Assembly: GCA_003601775.1 (NCBI GenBank)
Contig: PIYN01000001.1
Span: forward strand, 27,758-91,757
Direction: 5' to 3'
DNA from: Candidatus Bathyarchaeota archaeon
GTDB taxonomy: Archaea > Thermoproteota > Bathyarchaeia > TCS64 > PIYN01
DNA length: 64,000 nt
Made by a program: the position numbers and the translations under genes. A model generated the notes under the pieces. It made no database searches and was not told the DNA's origin. It worked only from the letters and a program-made list of their open reading frames with translations. Below, piece by piece: positions 54,346-63,391 of the stretch; positions within the stretch are counted from its first letter, which is position 1, and every line of letters starts with the position of its first letter.

Positions 54346-55266
54346 TCAGGATTCCTTACCACTACCTGGGGCGCGGCTATCCCTCACTTGAGGTTTCTGA
54401 GAGCAGATATATTCCACGATCTTCTCCGCGATGTCTACCCCAGATACGCTCTTCAGCGCCTGCCAGCCCGGGGCGCCGTTCACTTCCAGGATGATCGGGC
54501 CCCTCTCTGACTCTATGATATCGACGCCCGCGTAAATGAGGCCCAGGGCCTTGACGGCCTCCACGCCGAGTTTCTCCACCTCCTCCGGGACCTCCTCTGC
54601 GACCATCCTCCCCCCCTGGGCCACATTCGTCTTCCAGGTCCCCCCCGCCCTATACTTGTAGGCCGAGGCCACGGCCTCCTCGCCGACGACGAAGACCCTT
54701 ATATCCCTGCCGGGGTTGGGTATGTACTCCTGGATGACAAGGGGTTGACCGACCCTCGTGAGCATCTTGTAGGCGTCGAAGGCGAGGTCGGGGTCGCTGA
54801 ACTTCAGGGAGCCGTAGCCCCTCGACCCGAGGATGGGCTTATAGACGCTCTCGCCGAACTCCTTCGCCATCTCATAGGCCCTGTAGATGCTCTCCGTCGT
54901 GAAGGTCCTGGCGACGGGTAGTCCCGCCTTGGCGAGGACGTACTGGGTCGCGTACTTGTCCCTCGCCCTCCTGAAGGGGTAACAGGGGTTCACGACGCGT
55001 ATCCCCGCGAACTCCATATGCTCCACCATGCTTATCCTCCTCGTGAGCTCCTCGCAGGACCCAGGCCCGAAGGACCTGAGGAGGCATACGTCGATGTCCG
55101 TGACCTCCCGGGTCCCAAGCCAGAACCTTGACACCTCGGAGTCCACGTAGCTGGACATGTTCAGGATGCTGCCCAGCAGGACCTCGTGGCCGAGCCTCTC
55201 CGCCGCCTCGGCAAGATCCCTGACGTTCAGGCTGAGGGACTGCCCGTAGAGGATCATCACCTTCAA
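54346..55266 (-). CDS. RimK-family ATP-grasp ligase (alpha-L-glutamate/LysX-type)
   Basis: ATP-grasp motifs KPILGSRGYG and LVIQEYIP...D, and the C-terminal GLIYAGVDIIESERGPIILEVNGAPGW. 306 aa. Confidence 0.7.
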   Translation of the reverse strand: MKVMILYGQSLSLNVRDLAEAAERLGHEVLLGSILNMSSYVDSEVSRFWLGTREVTDIDVCLLRSFGPGSCEELTRRISMVEHMEFAGIRVVNPCYPFRRARDKYATQYVLAKAGLPVARTFTTESIYRAYEMAKEFGESVYKPILGSRGYGSLKFSDPDLAFDAYKMLTRVGQPLVIQEYIPNPGRDIRVFVVGEEAVASAYKYRAGGTWKTNVAQGGRMVAEEVPEEVEKLGVEAVKALGLIYAGVDIIESERGPIILEVNGAPGWQALKSVSGVDIAEKIVEYICSQKPQVRDSRAPGSGKES

Positions 55267-55422
55267 GAGAATCCCCTTAGGTTCAATAGAGAAGCGGGTT
55301 AAGAAGTTTACTATCCCCCCTGAAACAGTGGAACTCCTTGGGCGAGAAATATAAATGAGTGGAGGGCTAAACCTTAGAGAGGGCTCTCAGTCTATTTATT
55401 CCCATGCTAAGGGTGGAGGGAT

Positions 55423-55695
55423 ATGTCACAGGGAGAAACATATGGGGTGATCACCAGCTACAGGAGGGGGCCCAAGACCCAGCGTCCGAGGGAGCTGATC
55501 CTCCTCATCCCGGGAGTGAGGTCGAGGAGAGAGGCCTCCAAGTTCATAGGTAGACGCGTGGAGTGTCGTCTCCCTGGGAAGGTGCTGAGGGGGAAGATCG
55601 TGAGGCCGCATGGGAGGACAGGGAAGGTCCTCGTCCGCTTCAAACGTGGGCCGCCGGGGCAGATACTGGGATCGAAGGTTCTCATCTTGGAGTGA
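55423..55695 (+). CDS. rpl35ae: ribosomal protein L35Ae
   Basis: A 90-aa basic beta-barrel protein, GVITSYRRG...IGRRVECR...GKIVRPHGRTGKVLVRF, matching the eL33/L35Ae family. Confidence 0.7.
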   Translation: MSQGETYGVITSYRRGPKTQRPRELILLIPGVRSRREASKFIGRRVECRLPGKVLRGKIVRPHGRTGKVLVRFKRGPPGQILGSKVLILE

Positions 55696-55715
55696 GAGCC
55701 TAAAAACCTTTTAAC

Positions 55716-56492
55716 TTGCACAGATCGAAGTTACTGGAAAGGATGTCTCACGAAGATGGGATTCTACTGTGGAGGGGCTGCACCTACAGGAACCAGCTGC
55801 CGGAAGAGCTGAAGAGCATAGAGAGAGTTCTGCGCAGGGTCGACGTGGCCTTCAGCACCTTGGAGGAAGGTTGCTGCGGATACCCTCTCTTCCTCTCCGG
55901 ATATCAGAGGGAGGCGAGGGACCTAGCAGTTGAGAACATCGATGAGATCGGCTCCTTTAGGCTCATCGTCACGGCGTGCCCGGCGTGTCTCAGGGCCTTC
56001 AAGGAGGTCTACGAGGAACACTTCGGCCTGAGCCTCCCCCCAGTCCTCCACCTCACTCAGTTCCTCGACGAGAAGGTTAAGGAGGGCGTCTTGACCAGGG
56101 ATCGCCTCAGGCCCGTTAAATTGAAGGTGATGTACCACGACCCCTGTGAGCTGGGGAGAGCGATGGGGGTCTACGAGGAGCCGAGGAGGCTGTTGGGCCT
56201 CGTCCCAGGCCTGAGACTCTTCGAGCAGCGCTTCACCAGGGAGGCCTCGGCCTGCTGCGGGGGAGGCGGCCTGCTGCCCGCCTTCTTCCCCTCCCTGGCC
56301 TCGATGGCGGCGGCTCGGAAGCTCACCCAGGAGGATCGGGTGCCGGAGGACCTCGACGCCGTCGTGACGACGTGTCCCCAGTGCATCCTGAACCTGAGGA
56401 AGGGGCTGGAGATGTGGGTCGAGGAGGAGGGCCTCGAGGATCTTCAGGTGCTGGACCTCGCCCAGATCCTGGACATGGCCTTGGGTGGTTGA
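55716..56492 (+). CDS. CCG-domain Fe-S oxidoreductase (LutA/GlpC/HdrD-like)
   Basis: Two cysteine-rich CCG domains: CCGYP...CPAC and CCGGGG...CPQC. Confidence 0.65.
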   Translation: MHRSKLLERMSHEDGILLWRGCTYRNQLPEELKSIERVLRRVDVAFSTLEEGCCGYPLFLSGYQREARDLAVENIDEIGSFRLIVTACPACLRAFKEVYEEHFGLSLPPVLHLTQFLDEKVKEGVLTRDRLRPVKLKVMYHDPCELGRAMGVYEEPRRLLGLVPGLRLFEQRFTREASACCGGGGLLPAFFPSLASMAAARKLTQEDRVPEDLDAVVTTCPQCILNLRKGLEMWVEEEGLEDLQVLDLAQILDMALGG

Positions 56493-57756
56493 GATGGGAG
56501 AGAACTTCGAGAGGTTGGTGGGAGACTACCTCCAGGCCCTCTGGGACGCAGCGATGGACGACCATATCCGGCTGGCCCTCTCCAGGGCCGTGGAGAGCTT
56601 CCGCCGGAACCGCGCGGCGGCCTTCAAGCTCTACCCCTGGGTCGAGGAGAAGGCGGAGAGGCTGAGGGAGGTGAAGGACTACTCGCTGCTCCATGTGGAC
56701 GAGCTGGCGAGGGAGGTGAAGGATCGGGTGGAGGACCTCCATGGCAACTGCATCATAGCGGAGACGGTGGAGGAGGCGATGGAGTACATAGGCGACCAGG
56801 TGAAGCCGGGGGACGTCGTCGTGAAGGCGAAGAGCATCACCTCGGAGGAGCTCCACCTCAACCCGAGGCTCGAGGAGCTCGGGTGTAAGGTCTATGAGAC
56901 CGACTTGGGGGAGTTCATCATCCAGAACCTGGGGTCGAGGCCGATGCACATCCTCTCCCCCGCCATCCATGTCTCTCGGGAGAGGGTGGCGGAGCTCTTC
57001 TCTAAGGTGATGGGGAGGGAGTTCCCGCCGGATATCCCGACCCTGGCGGGGGCTGCGAGGGAGTTCCTGAGGGAGAAGTTCTTAGAGGCGAAGGTGGGGA
57101 TCAGCGGGGCCAACGCCATCGCTGCGGAGACGGGGACGACTTTTCTCATAGGGAATGAGGGGAACACACGCCTCGTCACGGGCCTCCCGGAGAAGCACAT
57201 CGTCATCGCAGGGCTGGAGAAGATCGTCCCGACGCTCCAGGATGGGATGCTCGTCGTCGAGGTCGTGAGCCGCTACGCCAACTACAAGGCCCCCGCCTAC
57301 GTCAGCCTCATCAGCGGCCCGAGCAAGACGGGCGACATAGAGAAGCAGATCGTCTACGGGGCCCACGGGCCGAGGGAGTACCACGTCGTCCTCCTGGACA
57401 ACCATAGGAGGGAGATGATCAAGGACCCGGTCTACCGACAGGCCCTGAGGTGCCTCAGGTGTGGCGCCTGCCTCTACGAGTGCACCATCTACCCCCTCGT
57501 CGCCGGCTACTACGGATACCTCTACATGGGGGGGATAGGGGCCGTCTTCACGAAGTACCTCATCGGGGGGATGGAGAACGCGGCGCCGATAGCCTACACC
57601 TGCACCCTCTGTGGCAGGTGCAAGGAGTACTGTCCCATGAAGATCGACGTCCCGGAGATGATCCTGAAGCTCAGAAGCGAGCTCGCCGAGAGGGGTCTCG
57701 TCCCGGAGAGGGTCAGGGGGAACGTGGAGGAGATCACGGGGAGGAAGTTGGAGTAG
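56485..57756 (+). CDS. LutB-like iron-sulfur protein (LUD/DUF162 domain + two 4Fe-4S ferredoxin motifs)
   Basis: An N-terminal LUD-type domain, then CLRCGACLYEC and CTLCGRCKEYCP ferredoxin clusters. It overlaps the upstream CCG-domain gene by 8 nt. Confidence 0.65.
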   Translation: MVEMGENFERLVGDYLQALWDAAMDDHIRLALSRAVESFRRNRAAAFKLYPWVEEKAERLREVKDYSLLHVDELAREVKDRVEDLHGNCIIAETVEEAMEYIGDQVKPGDVVVKAKSITSEELHLNPRLEELGCKVYETDLGEFIIQNLGSRPMHILSPAIHVSRERVAELFSKVMGREFPPDIPTLAGAAREFLREKFLEAKVGISGANAIAAETGTTFLIGNEGNTRLVTGLPEKHIVIAGLEKIVPTLQDGMLVVEVVSRYANYKAPAYVSLISGPSKTGDIEKQIVYGAHGPREYHVVLLDNHRREMIKDPVYRQALRCLRCGACLYECTIYPLVAGYYGYLYMGGIGAVFTKYLIGGMENAAPIAYTCTLCGRCKEYCPMKIDVPEMILKLRSELAERGLVPERVRGNVEEITGRKLE

Positions 57757-57853
57757 TCCCCGAGGTGAGTGGATTCCCCACTCCGATATCCTTTATTAGA
57801 GGGTTCTTTATTCCCTTTAGGGTTGAACGTGTCCGCTGGAGGGAGAAACCCCG

Positions 57854-59971
57854 TTGGGCCAAGTTCTGGTGATCTGTGAGAAGCCGACGGCCGCACGCAG
57901 GATCGCCGAGGCCTTGGATGACAGGGGGAAGCCCAAGGCCTTCAGGGAGATGGACGTCCCCTACTACATCTCCCGTCGGGGCGACCGGGAGTTCGTCGTG
58001 GTCTCAGCCCTGGGCCACCTGTTCACCCTCGCCCAGAGCAGCGGCTCCTGGACCTACCCCGTCTTCGATATCAAGTGGGTCCCAGCCTACACCGTGGATA
58101 AGAGCTCAAGGACGAGGAACTTCGTCGAGGTGATCGGGAAGCTCTCCATGGGGGTCGAGGAGTACATCAGCGCCTGCGACTACGACATCGAGGGGAGCCT
58201 CATAGCCTACACCATCCTCAGGTACATCTGCGGGGAGGAGAGCATCAAGAGGGCGAGGAGGATGAGGTTCTCCACCCTCACGAGGAGGGACCTCCAGATA
58301 GCCTTCGAGAAGAGGATGCCTACCCTCGACTTCCCCATGATCTACGCCGGGAAGGCCCGCCACGAGGTCGACTTCCTCTTCGGGATCAACCTCAGCAGGG
58401 CCCTCACCCTTTCCGTGAAGCGCGCCACAGGCTACTACAAGACCCTCAGCATAGGTCGCGTCCAGGGCCCGACCCTCAACTTCATCAAGGAGAGGGAGGT
58501 GGAGATCAGGACCTTCGTCCCCGAGCCCTACTGGGTCATAGAGGCCGAGGCGGAGATCGAGGGGAAGCGCTACCCCCTCGAGTACTCGGAGAAGAAGATC
58601 CAGAGGAAGAGGGAGATGGAGAGGGTCCTCGAGGCCTGCAGGGGGGCTGAGGGGGTCATCGCCGAGATCAACTCGAGGAAGATCACCCAGAAGCCCCCGG
58701 CGCCCTTCAACCTCGGAGACCTCCAGCGGGAGGCCTACAGCCTCTTCAGGTACTCCCCCCGCGTCACCCTGAGCGCTGCGGAGCAGCTCTACCTCAACGC
58801 CCTCATCTCCTACCCCAGGACCTCGAGCCAGAGGATCCCCCCCTCCATAGACGTAGAGGGCATCCTTAAGGGCCTCTCCAAGAGGAGGGAATACAGGAAG
58901 CTGGTCGAGAAGCTCCTCTCGAGGCCGAGCCTCAAGCCCCAGCAGGGGAAGAAGGACGACCCGGCGCACCCGGCGATCCACCCCACGGGGAACCTCCCGG
59001 AGAAGAAGCTCACCCGGGTCCAGTCGAGGATCTTCGACCTCGTCGTGAGGCGCTTCATGGCGGCGCTTGGGGACCCCTCCGTGCTGAGGAGTGTCCGTGC
59101 GGACGTGGATGTCAACGGCTTCCTCTTCTACCTCCGTGGGAGGCAGACGGAGAGCCTGGGATGGATGGAGTTCTACGGCCCCTACGTGAGGAGGAAGGAG
59201 GTGATCCTCCCGCCGTTGGAAGTGGGGCAGAGGGTCGTCGTCTCCAGGCTCGAGGGCGTGGAGAAGTTTACCTCTCCTCCCTCGAGGTTCAACCCGAGTT
59301 CCCTGCTGAAGCTCATGGAGGAGGTGGGGATCGGGACGAAGGCGACGAGGACCGATATCATCGAGACCCTCTTCAAGCGGGGCTATATCCTCGGAGAGAG
59401 TATCAACCTCACCGACCTCGGCCTCTCCATCGTCGAGACCATCGGGAGGTACTGCCCCGAGATCCTCTCCGTAGAGATGACGAGGAGGCTTGAGAGGGAC
59501 ATGGAGCTCATCCAACTTGGGAAGAAGACGGCCGAGGAGGTCGTTGCGGAGGCGGTGGAGGCGCTGAGGCCGATCCTGGAGGAGTTCAAGGCGAAGGAGA
59601 GGCTCATAGGGCTGGAGCTGAACGAGGCCCTCAGGGCCAGCAGGGAGAAGGAGAACATCCTCGGCCCCTGCCCCTCCTGTGGGACGGGGGTCATAAGGAT
59701 CATAAGGAGCAGGAGGACGGGGAAGCGCTTCGCCGGGTGCAGCAACTACTTCAACGGGACCTGTAAGATGAGCTACCCCCTGCCGCAGACCGGGAAGATA
59801 CAGCCCACGGGGAAGACCTGCCCCGCCTGTGGGGCTCCTATCATAAAGGTCCTGAGGAGGGGGAAGAGGCCCATGACCATCTGCATCAACTTCGACTGCC
59901 CGGCGAAGAAGAGGAGGGGTGAGAAGGTTGGAGCGGCGGTGTCCCATCTGCAACAGAAAGACAGAGGGTGA
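57854..59971 (+). CDS. topA: type IA DNA topoisomerase (Topo I/III family) with C-terminal Zn ribbons
   Basis: Toprim N-terminus (VLVICEKPTAARRIAEAL...DIEGS). The catalytic Tyr region is SYPRTSS. The C-terminus has CPSCGTG...C and CPACGAP...C zinc ribbons. 705 aa. Confidence 0.85.
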   Translation: MGQVLVICEKPTAARRIAEALDDRGKPKAFREMDVPYYISRRGDREFVVVSALGHLFTLAQSSGSWTYPVFDIKWVPAYTVDKSSRTRNFVEVIGKLSMGVEEYISACDYDIEGSLIAYTILRYICGEESIKRARRMRFSTLTRRDLQIAFEKRMPTLDFPMIYAGKARHEVDFLFGINLSRALTLSVKRATGYYKTLSIGRVQGPTLNFIKEREVEIRTFVPEPYWVIEAEAEIEGKRYPLEYSEKKIQRKREMERVLEACRGAEGVIAEINSRKITQKPPAPFNLGDLQREAYSLFRYSPRVTLSAAEQLYLNALISYPRTSSQRIPPSIDVEGILKGLSKRREYRKLVEKLLSRPSLKPQQGKKDDPAHPAIHPTGNLPEKKLTRVQSRIFDLVVRRFMAALGDPSVLRSVRADVDVNGFLFYLRGRQTESLGWMEFYGPYVRRKEVILPPLEVGQRVVVSRLEGVEKFTSPPSRFNPSSLLKLMEEVGIGTKATRTDIIETLFKRGYILGESINLTDLGLSIVETIGRYCPEILSVEMTRRLERDMELIQLGKKTAEEVVAEAVEALRPILEEFKAKERLIGLELNEALRASREKENILGPCPSCGTGVIRIIRSRRTGKRFAGCSNYFNGTCKMSYPLPQTGKIQPTGKTCPACGAPIIKVLRRGKRPMTICINFDCPAKKRRGEKVGAAVSHLQQKDRG

Positions 59972-60170
59972 CCCCCTCTGCCCCTATCACCAGAGGGCGT
60001 ACCTCAACCTCAGGGAGAGGTATGACCGCTGGAGGGAGGCGATGGAGATCGGTTGGGAGGATTACCTCAGGGAGGTCGCCGAGAATCCGAACACGGGTGA
60101 GTGGGCGAGGGAGGTCGCTCAGCACCTCCTTAAGAACGGAGGCACCCCTGGGCTTAACTCCCCTTCTTGA
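59919..60170 (+). CDS. small Zn-ribbon ORF overlapping topA 3' end (doubtful)
   Basis: 83 aa with CPICNRK...CPYHQ. It overlaps the topA terminus by 53 nt in another frame. It could be a real small protein or an artefact. Confidence 0.25.
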   Translation: MRRLERRCPICNRKTEGDPLCPYHQRAYLNLRERYDRWREAMEIGWEDYLREVAENPNTGEWAREVAQHLLKNGGTPGLNSPS

Positions 60171-60504
60171 TCTCCCAGCGGCTCTCCCGTCCCTCCCTCA
60201 CCCAGACCCCGCCCAGAGACTTCACGGCGTCGTTGATCGGCCCCCAGAGGTCCCCCAGAAACCTCTTCGGCCTTATCACCGTCACCTCCTCCCCCTCAGT
60301 GATCTCGAGAAGGGAGACGTCCACCCCCGCCGCCGCCAGCCTCTCCTTTATGCTGGGGGCAGGCGCCGGGGTAGGCGGTACAGCCTCCCTCACCGCTGTG
60401 GGCTTCTCCTCTACGGGCCCCTTCCCAACTGAGATGATGATCCCGATCTTCGCCCCACACTCGGGGCACCTGATCCAGGTGATCTTGGTCTCCCCCTCCT
60501 CCAA
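60154..60504 (-). CDS. Zn-ribbon-containing small protein, unknown function
   Basis: 116 aa. An N-terminal CPECGAK zinc ribbon, a Pro-rich linker (PPTPAPAPS), then a C-terminal ~60-aa domain. Confidence 0.35.
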   Translation of the reverse strand: MEEGETKITWIRCPECGAKIGIIISVGKGPVEEKPTAVREAVPPTPAPAPSIKERLAAAGVDVSLLEITEGEEVTVIRPKRFLGDLWGPINDAVKSLGGVWVREGRESRWEIKKGS

Positions 60505-60614
60505 ATCGATTCCTCCTCCAAGGAAGAAGGGCGAGCCTCCCCCTTATAAGTTGAGTTCTTCCGTGATGACCGGGCCTCCCAAGAGTTAAATGTGGGGTTG
60601 AGGTTGAGAGAGGA

Positions 60615-61109
60615 TTGGGGTTGGATGTGACGGTCTACGGGACGATCTGCTATATCATGAGGGGGGATAGGGTCCTCCTGATAAGGAAGGTGCAGGGCTT
60701 TGGGAGGGGGAAGCTGAACGCCCCGGGTGGGAAGATGAGGGAGGGGGAGACGCCGGAGGAGTGTGTCCTCCGGGAGGTCTACGAGGAGACGGGACTGAGG
60801 CTGCTCAACCTCAGGAGGCACGGCGTCCTCAACTTCTACTTCGGGGAGAAGGAGGAGCCCGACTGGGTCGTCTACATCTTCTCCTCCACCTCCTTCACAG
60901 GCGAGGTGAAGGGCTCCCCCGAGGGGCCCCTGGAGTGGGTGGAGGTCGATAGGCTGCCCTATGACGAGATGTGGGAGGACGACCGCCACTGGGTCCCCCT
61001 ACTACTCGAGGGCAAGGCCTTCTCAGGAGAGTTCCACTTCGACGAAGCAGGTGAGAGGCTCCTCCACCACTCCCTCTCCGAGATCGATGAGACCTCTCAA
61101 GATTTATAA
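60615..61109 (+). CDS. NUDIX hydrolase
   Basis: Nudix box GGKMREGETPEECVLREVYEETG (Gx5Ex7REVxEEtG). 164 aa. Confidence 0.75.
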   Translation: MGLDVTVYGTICYIMRGDRVLLIRKVQGFGRGKLNAPGGKMREGETPEECVLREVYEETGLRLLNLRRHGVLNFYFGEKEEPDWVVYIFSSTSFTGEVKGSPEGPLEWVEVDRLPYDEMWEDDRHWVPLLLEGKAFSGEFHFDEAGERLLHHSLSEIDETSQDL

Positions 61110-61183
61110 ATCTCAAAGAGGGCAAGGGCAGCCCCTAAGGAGTGAAGGGTATCGCGGCGGGGTCTCTTAGCGGGAGGAGAGAT

Positions 61184-62668
61184 TCAGTTCTCTTTCCTTT
61201 TCAGGTACTCCTCGGGGGTCATCTTGAACTTCTCCTCGACGGCCTGCCTGTGGAGGGTGTTCATGGTGCAGAAGGGTATGATCCTGCCGTCGGGTGTCGC
61301 GTAGTGGATGACGCATCTCTGGACGCGCTGGAGGTCGAAGTTGTAGGGGTCCATGAAGTGCATCGACCCTATCATGATCATGCGCATGTGGATATCCCTC
61401 AGGCTGTCGTAGTTCCCCTTCCAGATGACGGGGAGGATGTACTTCCTCAGCATCCCGAAGTTGATCTTGCTCAGCGCCGCCCTCGCGATGGAGAGCTTCG
61501 CCCTCGTCTTATGCCCCTCCTCAGCCAGCTTCACCGCCTCCTCGACGGCCTTGAAGAAGCCGTCTACGTCCACATACCTCGTTATCGGGGCCACCTTATC
61601 GCCGTCCTCGATGAGGTAGGTCGCCATCCCGCAGTGGGGGTGGGCGCTGAACTCGACGTACTTCCTATCCTTGAGGTGCTCCACGAGCCTCGATAGGGGG
61701 ACGACCGTCGGGACTGGGAACCAGTCCTCCTCCTTTATGAGGCCCTCGGTCTGCTCCTCGCAGAGGCGCATGAGGTCGGGGATCGTGATCCTCATCTTCT
61801 CTCTCTCCTTCCTGTTGATCCTCCCGGTGATGGAGACGGGCTGGAAGTTGACGCACCTCACGATGTCCCTGTGCTCTATTGCGAAGCGGATGATGTCGCC
61901 GATCTCTCCGTCGTTCACCCCCCGGACGAGGGTTGGGACGAGGACGACGCTCCTGAACCCCCCCTTCTTCAGGTTCTCCAGAGCCCTCTTCTTCACCTCG
62001 AAGAGAGGCCTCCCCCGAGCGATGATGTAGGGCTTCTCCGTCACCCCATCGAACTGGAGGTAGACGGTGCTGACCCCCGCCTCCTTCAACGTCCTGCAAT
62101 ACTCGACGCTCTCCGCCATCCTCAGCCCATTCGAGTCCACCTCGACGTGGTCGAAGCCGAGCTCCTTGGCCATCCTCACGAGCTCGGGGAGGTCCTCCCT
62201 CACCGTCGGCTCCCCCCCGGAGAACTGGAGGGCCGGGGGCTTCACGGGGTCGTTGGCCCGGAGGTTCTCCAGCATCGCCCTGATCTGCTCCTTCGTCGGT
62301 TCGTAGACATAGCCCACAGCACCAGCATGGGCGAAGCAGATGGGACAGTTCAGGTTACAGCGGTTCGTCACGTCGATGATGGCGAGGACGGTGTGGGACT
62401 TATGCTCGGGGCAGATGCCGCAGTCGTAGGGGCATCCCCTCACGGTCTTCGTCCTCGGGTTGTTCAGCTTCGTCCCTAGGTGGTCGTACCTCTCAGCCCG
62501 CCTGTACTGCTCATAGCTCCCCCAGTAGAGATCCTTGAAGTAGCCGTGCTCCGGGCAGGTCTTATCGATGTAGACCTTCCCCCCTTCCTCATAGACCCTC
62601 GCGTCGATGACCCTCAGGCACTCTGGACAGAGGCTCTTCGTCTCCTTGATGAGCTCCATACCTCGCAC
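61184..62668 (-). CDS. radical SAM protein with N-terminal rubredoxin-like Zn ribbon, GDGT-MAS/Tes-like architecture (putative tetraether lipid synthase)
   Basis: N-terminal CPECLRV...CPEHG and CPYDCGICPEH cysteine clusters. A radical SAM CNLNCPICF core. A ~250-aa C-terminal extension. At 494 aa, the size and layout resemble the archaeal tetraether synthase family. This identification is from recall only. Confidence 0.45.
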   Translation of the reverse strand: MRGMELIKETKSLCPECLRVIDARVYEEGGKVYIDKTCPEHGYFKDLYWGSYEQYRRAERYDHLGTKLNNPRTKTVRGCPYDCGICPEHKSHTVLAIIDVTNRCNLNCPICFAHAGAVGYVYEPTKEQIRAMLENLRANDPVKPPALQFSGGEPTVREDLPELVRMAKELGFDHVEVDSNGLRMAESVEYCRTLKEAGVSTVYLQFDGVTEKPYIIARGRPLFEVKKRALENLKKGGFRSVVLVPTLVRGVNDGEIGDIIRFAIEHRDIVRCVNFQPVSITGRINRKEREKMRITIPDLMRLCEEQTEGLIKEEDWFPVPTVVPLSRLVEHLKDRKYVEFSAHPHCGMATYLIEDGDKVAPITRYVDVDGFFKAVEEAVKLAEEGHKTRAKLSIARAALSKINFGMLRKYILPVIWKGNYDSLRDIHMRMIMIGSMHFMDPYNFDLQRVQRCVIHYATPDGRIIPFCTMNTLHRQAVEEKFKMTPEEYLKRKEN

Positions 62669-62816
62669 TACACCCCGATGTAAGGGCTATCCCGTTGATC
62701 ACTCCATAGTTATTTTAAAAGTATTCCCAACTCTCACCCTCGGATTGGTGAATCGACATCGGACGAGGAGAAGCCCTTCTCTAAGATGAGAGGTACCTCT
62801 TAACGGAGGCTCTCCT

Positions 62817-63381
62817 GTGAAGAGGGTCGAAGTCATATGCCCCAGGGACTGCTATGACTCCTGCCTTCTCACGGTACTCGTCGATAAGGACCGAGTCGTC
62901 TCCGTGAGAGAGTTCCGAGAACCTTGTGACCCAGGGGTTCACCTGCCCCCGAGGCGCCGGAGATCCGGAGAGGGGTCTGAGCCCCCTGCTGACTCAACTC
63001 CCCTTGAAGGCGGGTCGGGATGAGTTCATCATCCTCAACAGCGCTCTGTCCCAGTACACCCATACACAGTTCCAGGAAGTCTATGGACCCATCGCCCCAG
63101 TAGTCTGGCTGAACCCCAAGGACGCCGAGACTCTCAACATTAAGGACGGGGGAGAGGTCGAGTTCTACAACGAGTTGGGCTACGTAGTGGTGGAGGCCGT
63201 GGTCACTGATCGGGTCCCGAGGGGCGTCCTCTGGTCCCCGAGGCAGTTGACCGGGTTGAGGGGGCGGGCACAGAACCTCTTAGTCCCTCCCACAACCCAG
63301 AGGATCGGAGGTGGCCCCGTCTTCAACTTAACGAGGGTCAGGCTCCGTCCCAGGGGCGATGGTCCTGCTCCAGTCGGCTGA
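62817..63381 (+). pseudogene. remnant of a molybdopterin/tungstopterin (bis-PGD) oxidoreductase: N-terminal Fe-S/Mo-binding start joined to the C-terminal pterin-dinucleotide-binding domain, with a frameshift, ~500 codons missing
   Basis: ORF1 (MKRVEVICPRDCYDSCLLTVLVDKDRVVSV) matches the CxxCxxxC N-terminus of Mo-bisPGD enzymes. The overlapping frame then gives FTCPRGAG...ERGLSPL, which corresponds to the CxKG...RLxxPLxR segment. It passes directly into YTHTQFQEVYGPIAPVVWLNPKDAETLNIKDGGEVEFYNELGYVVVEAVVTDRVPRGVLWSP, a clear Molydop_binding C-terminal domain. Confidence 0.55.
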
Positions 63382-63391
63382 GAGGCGGGGC

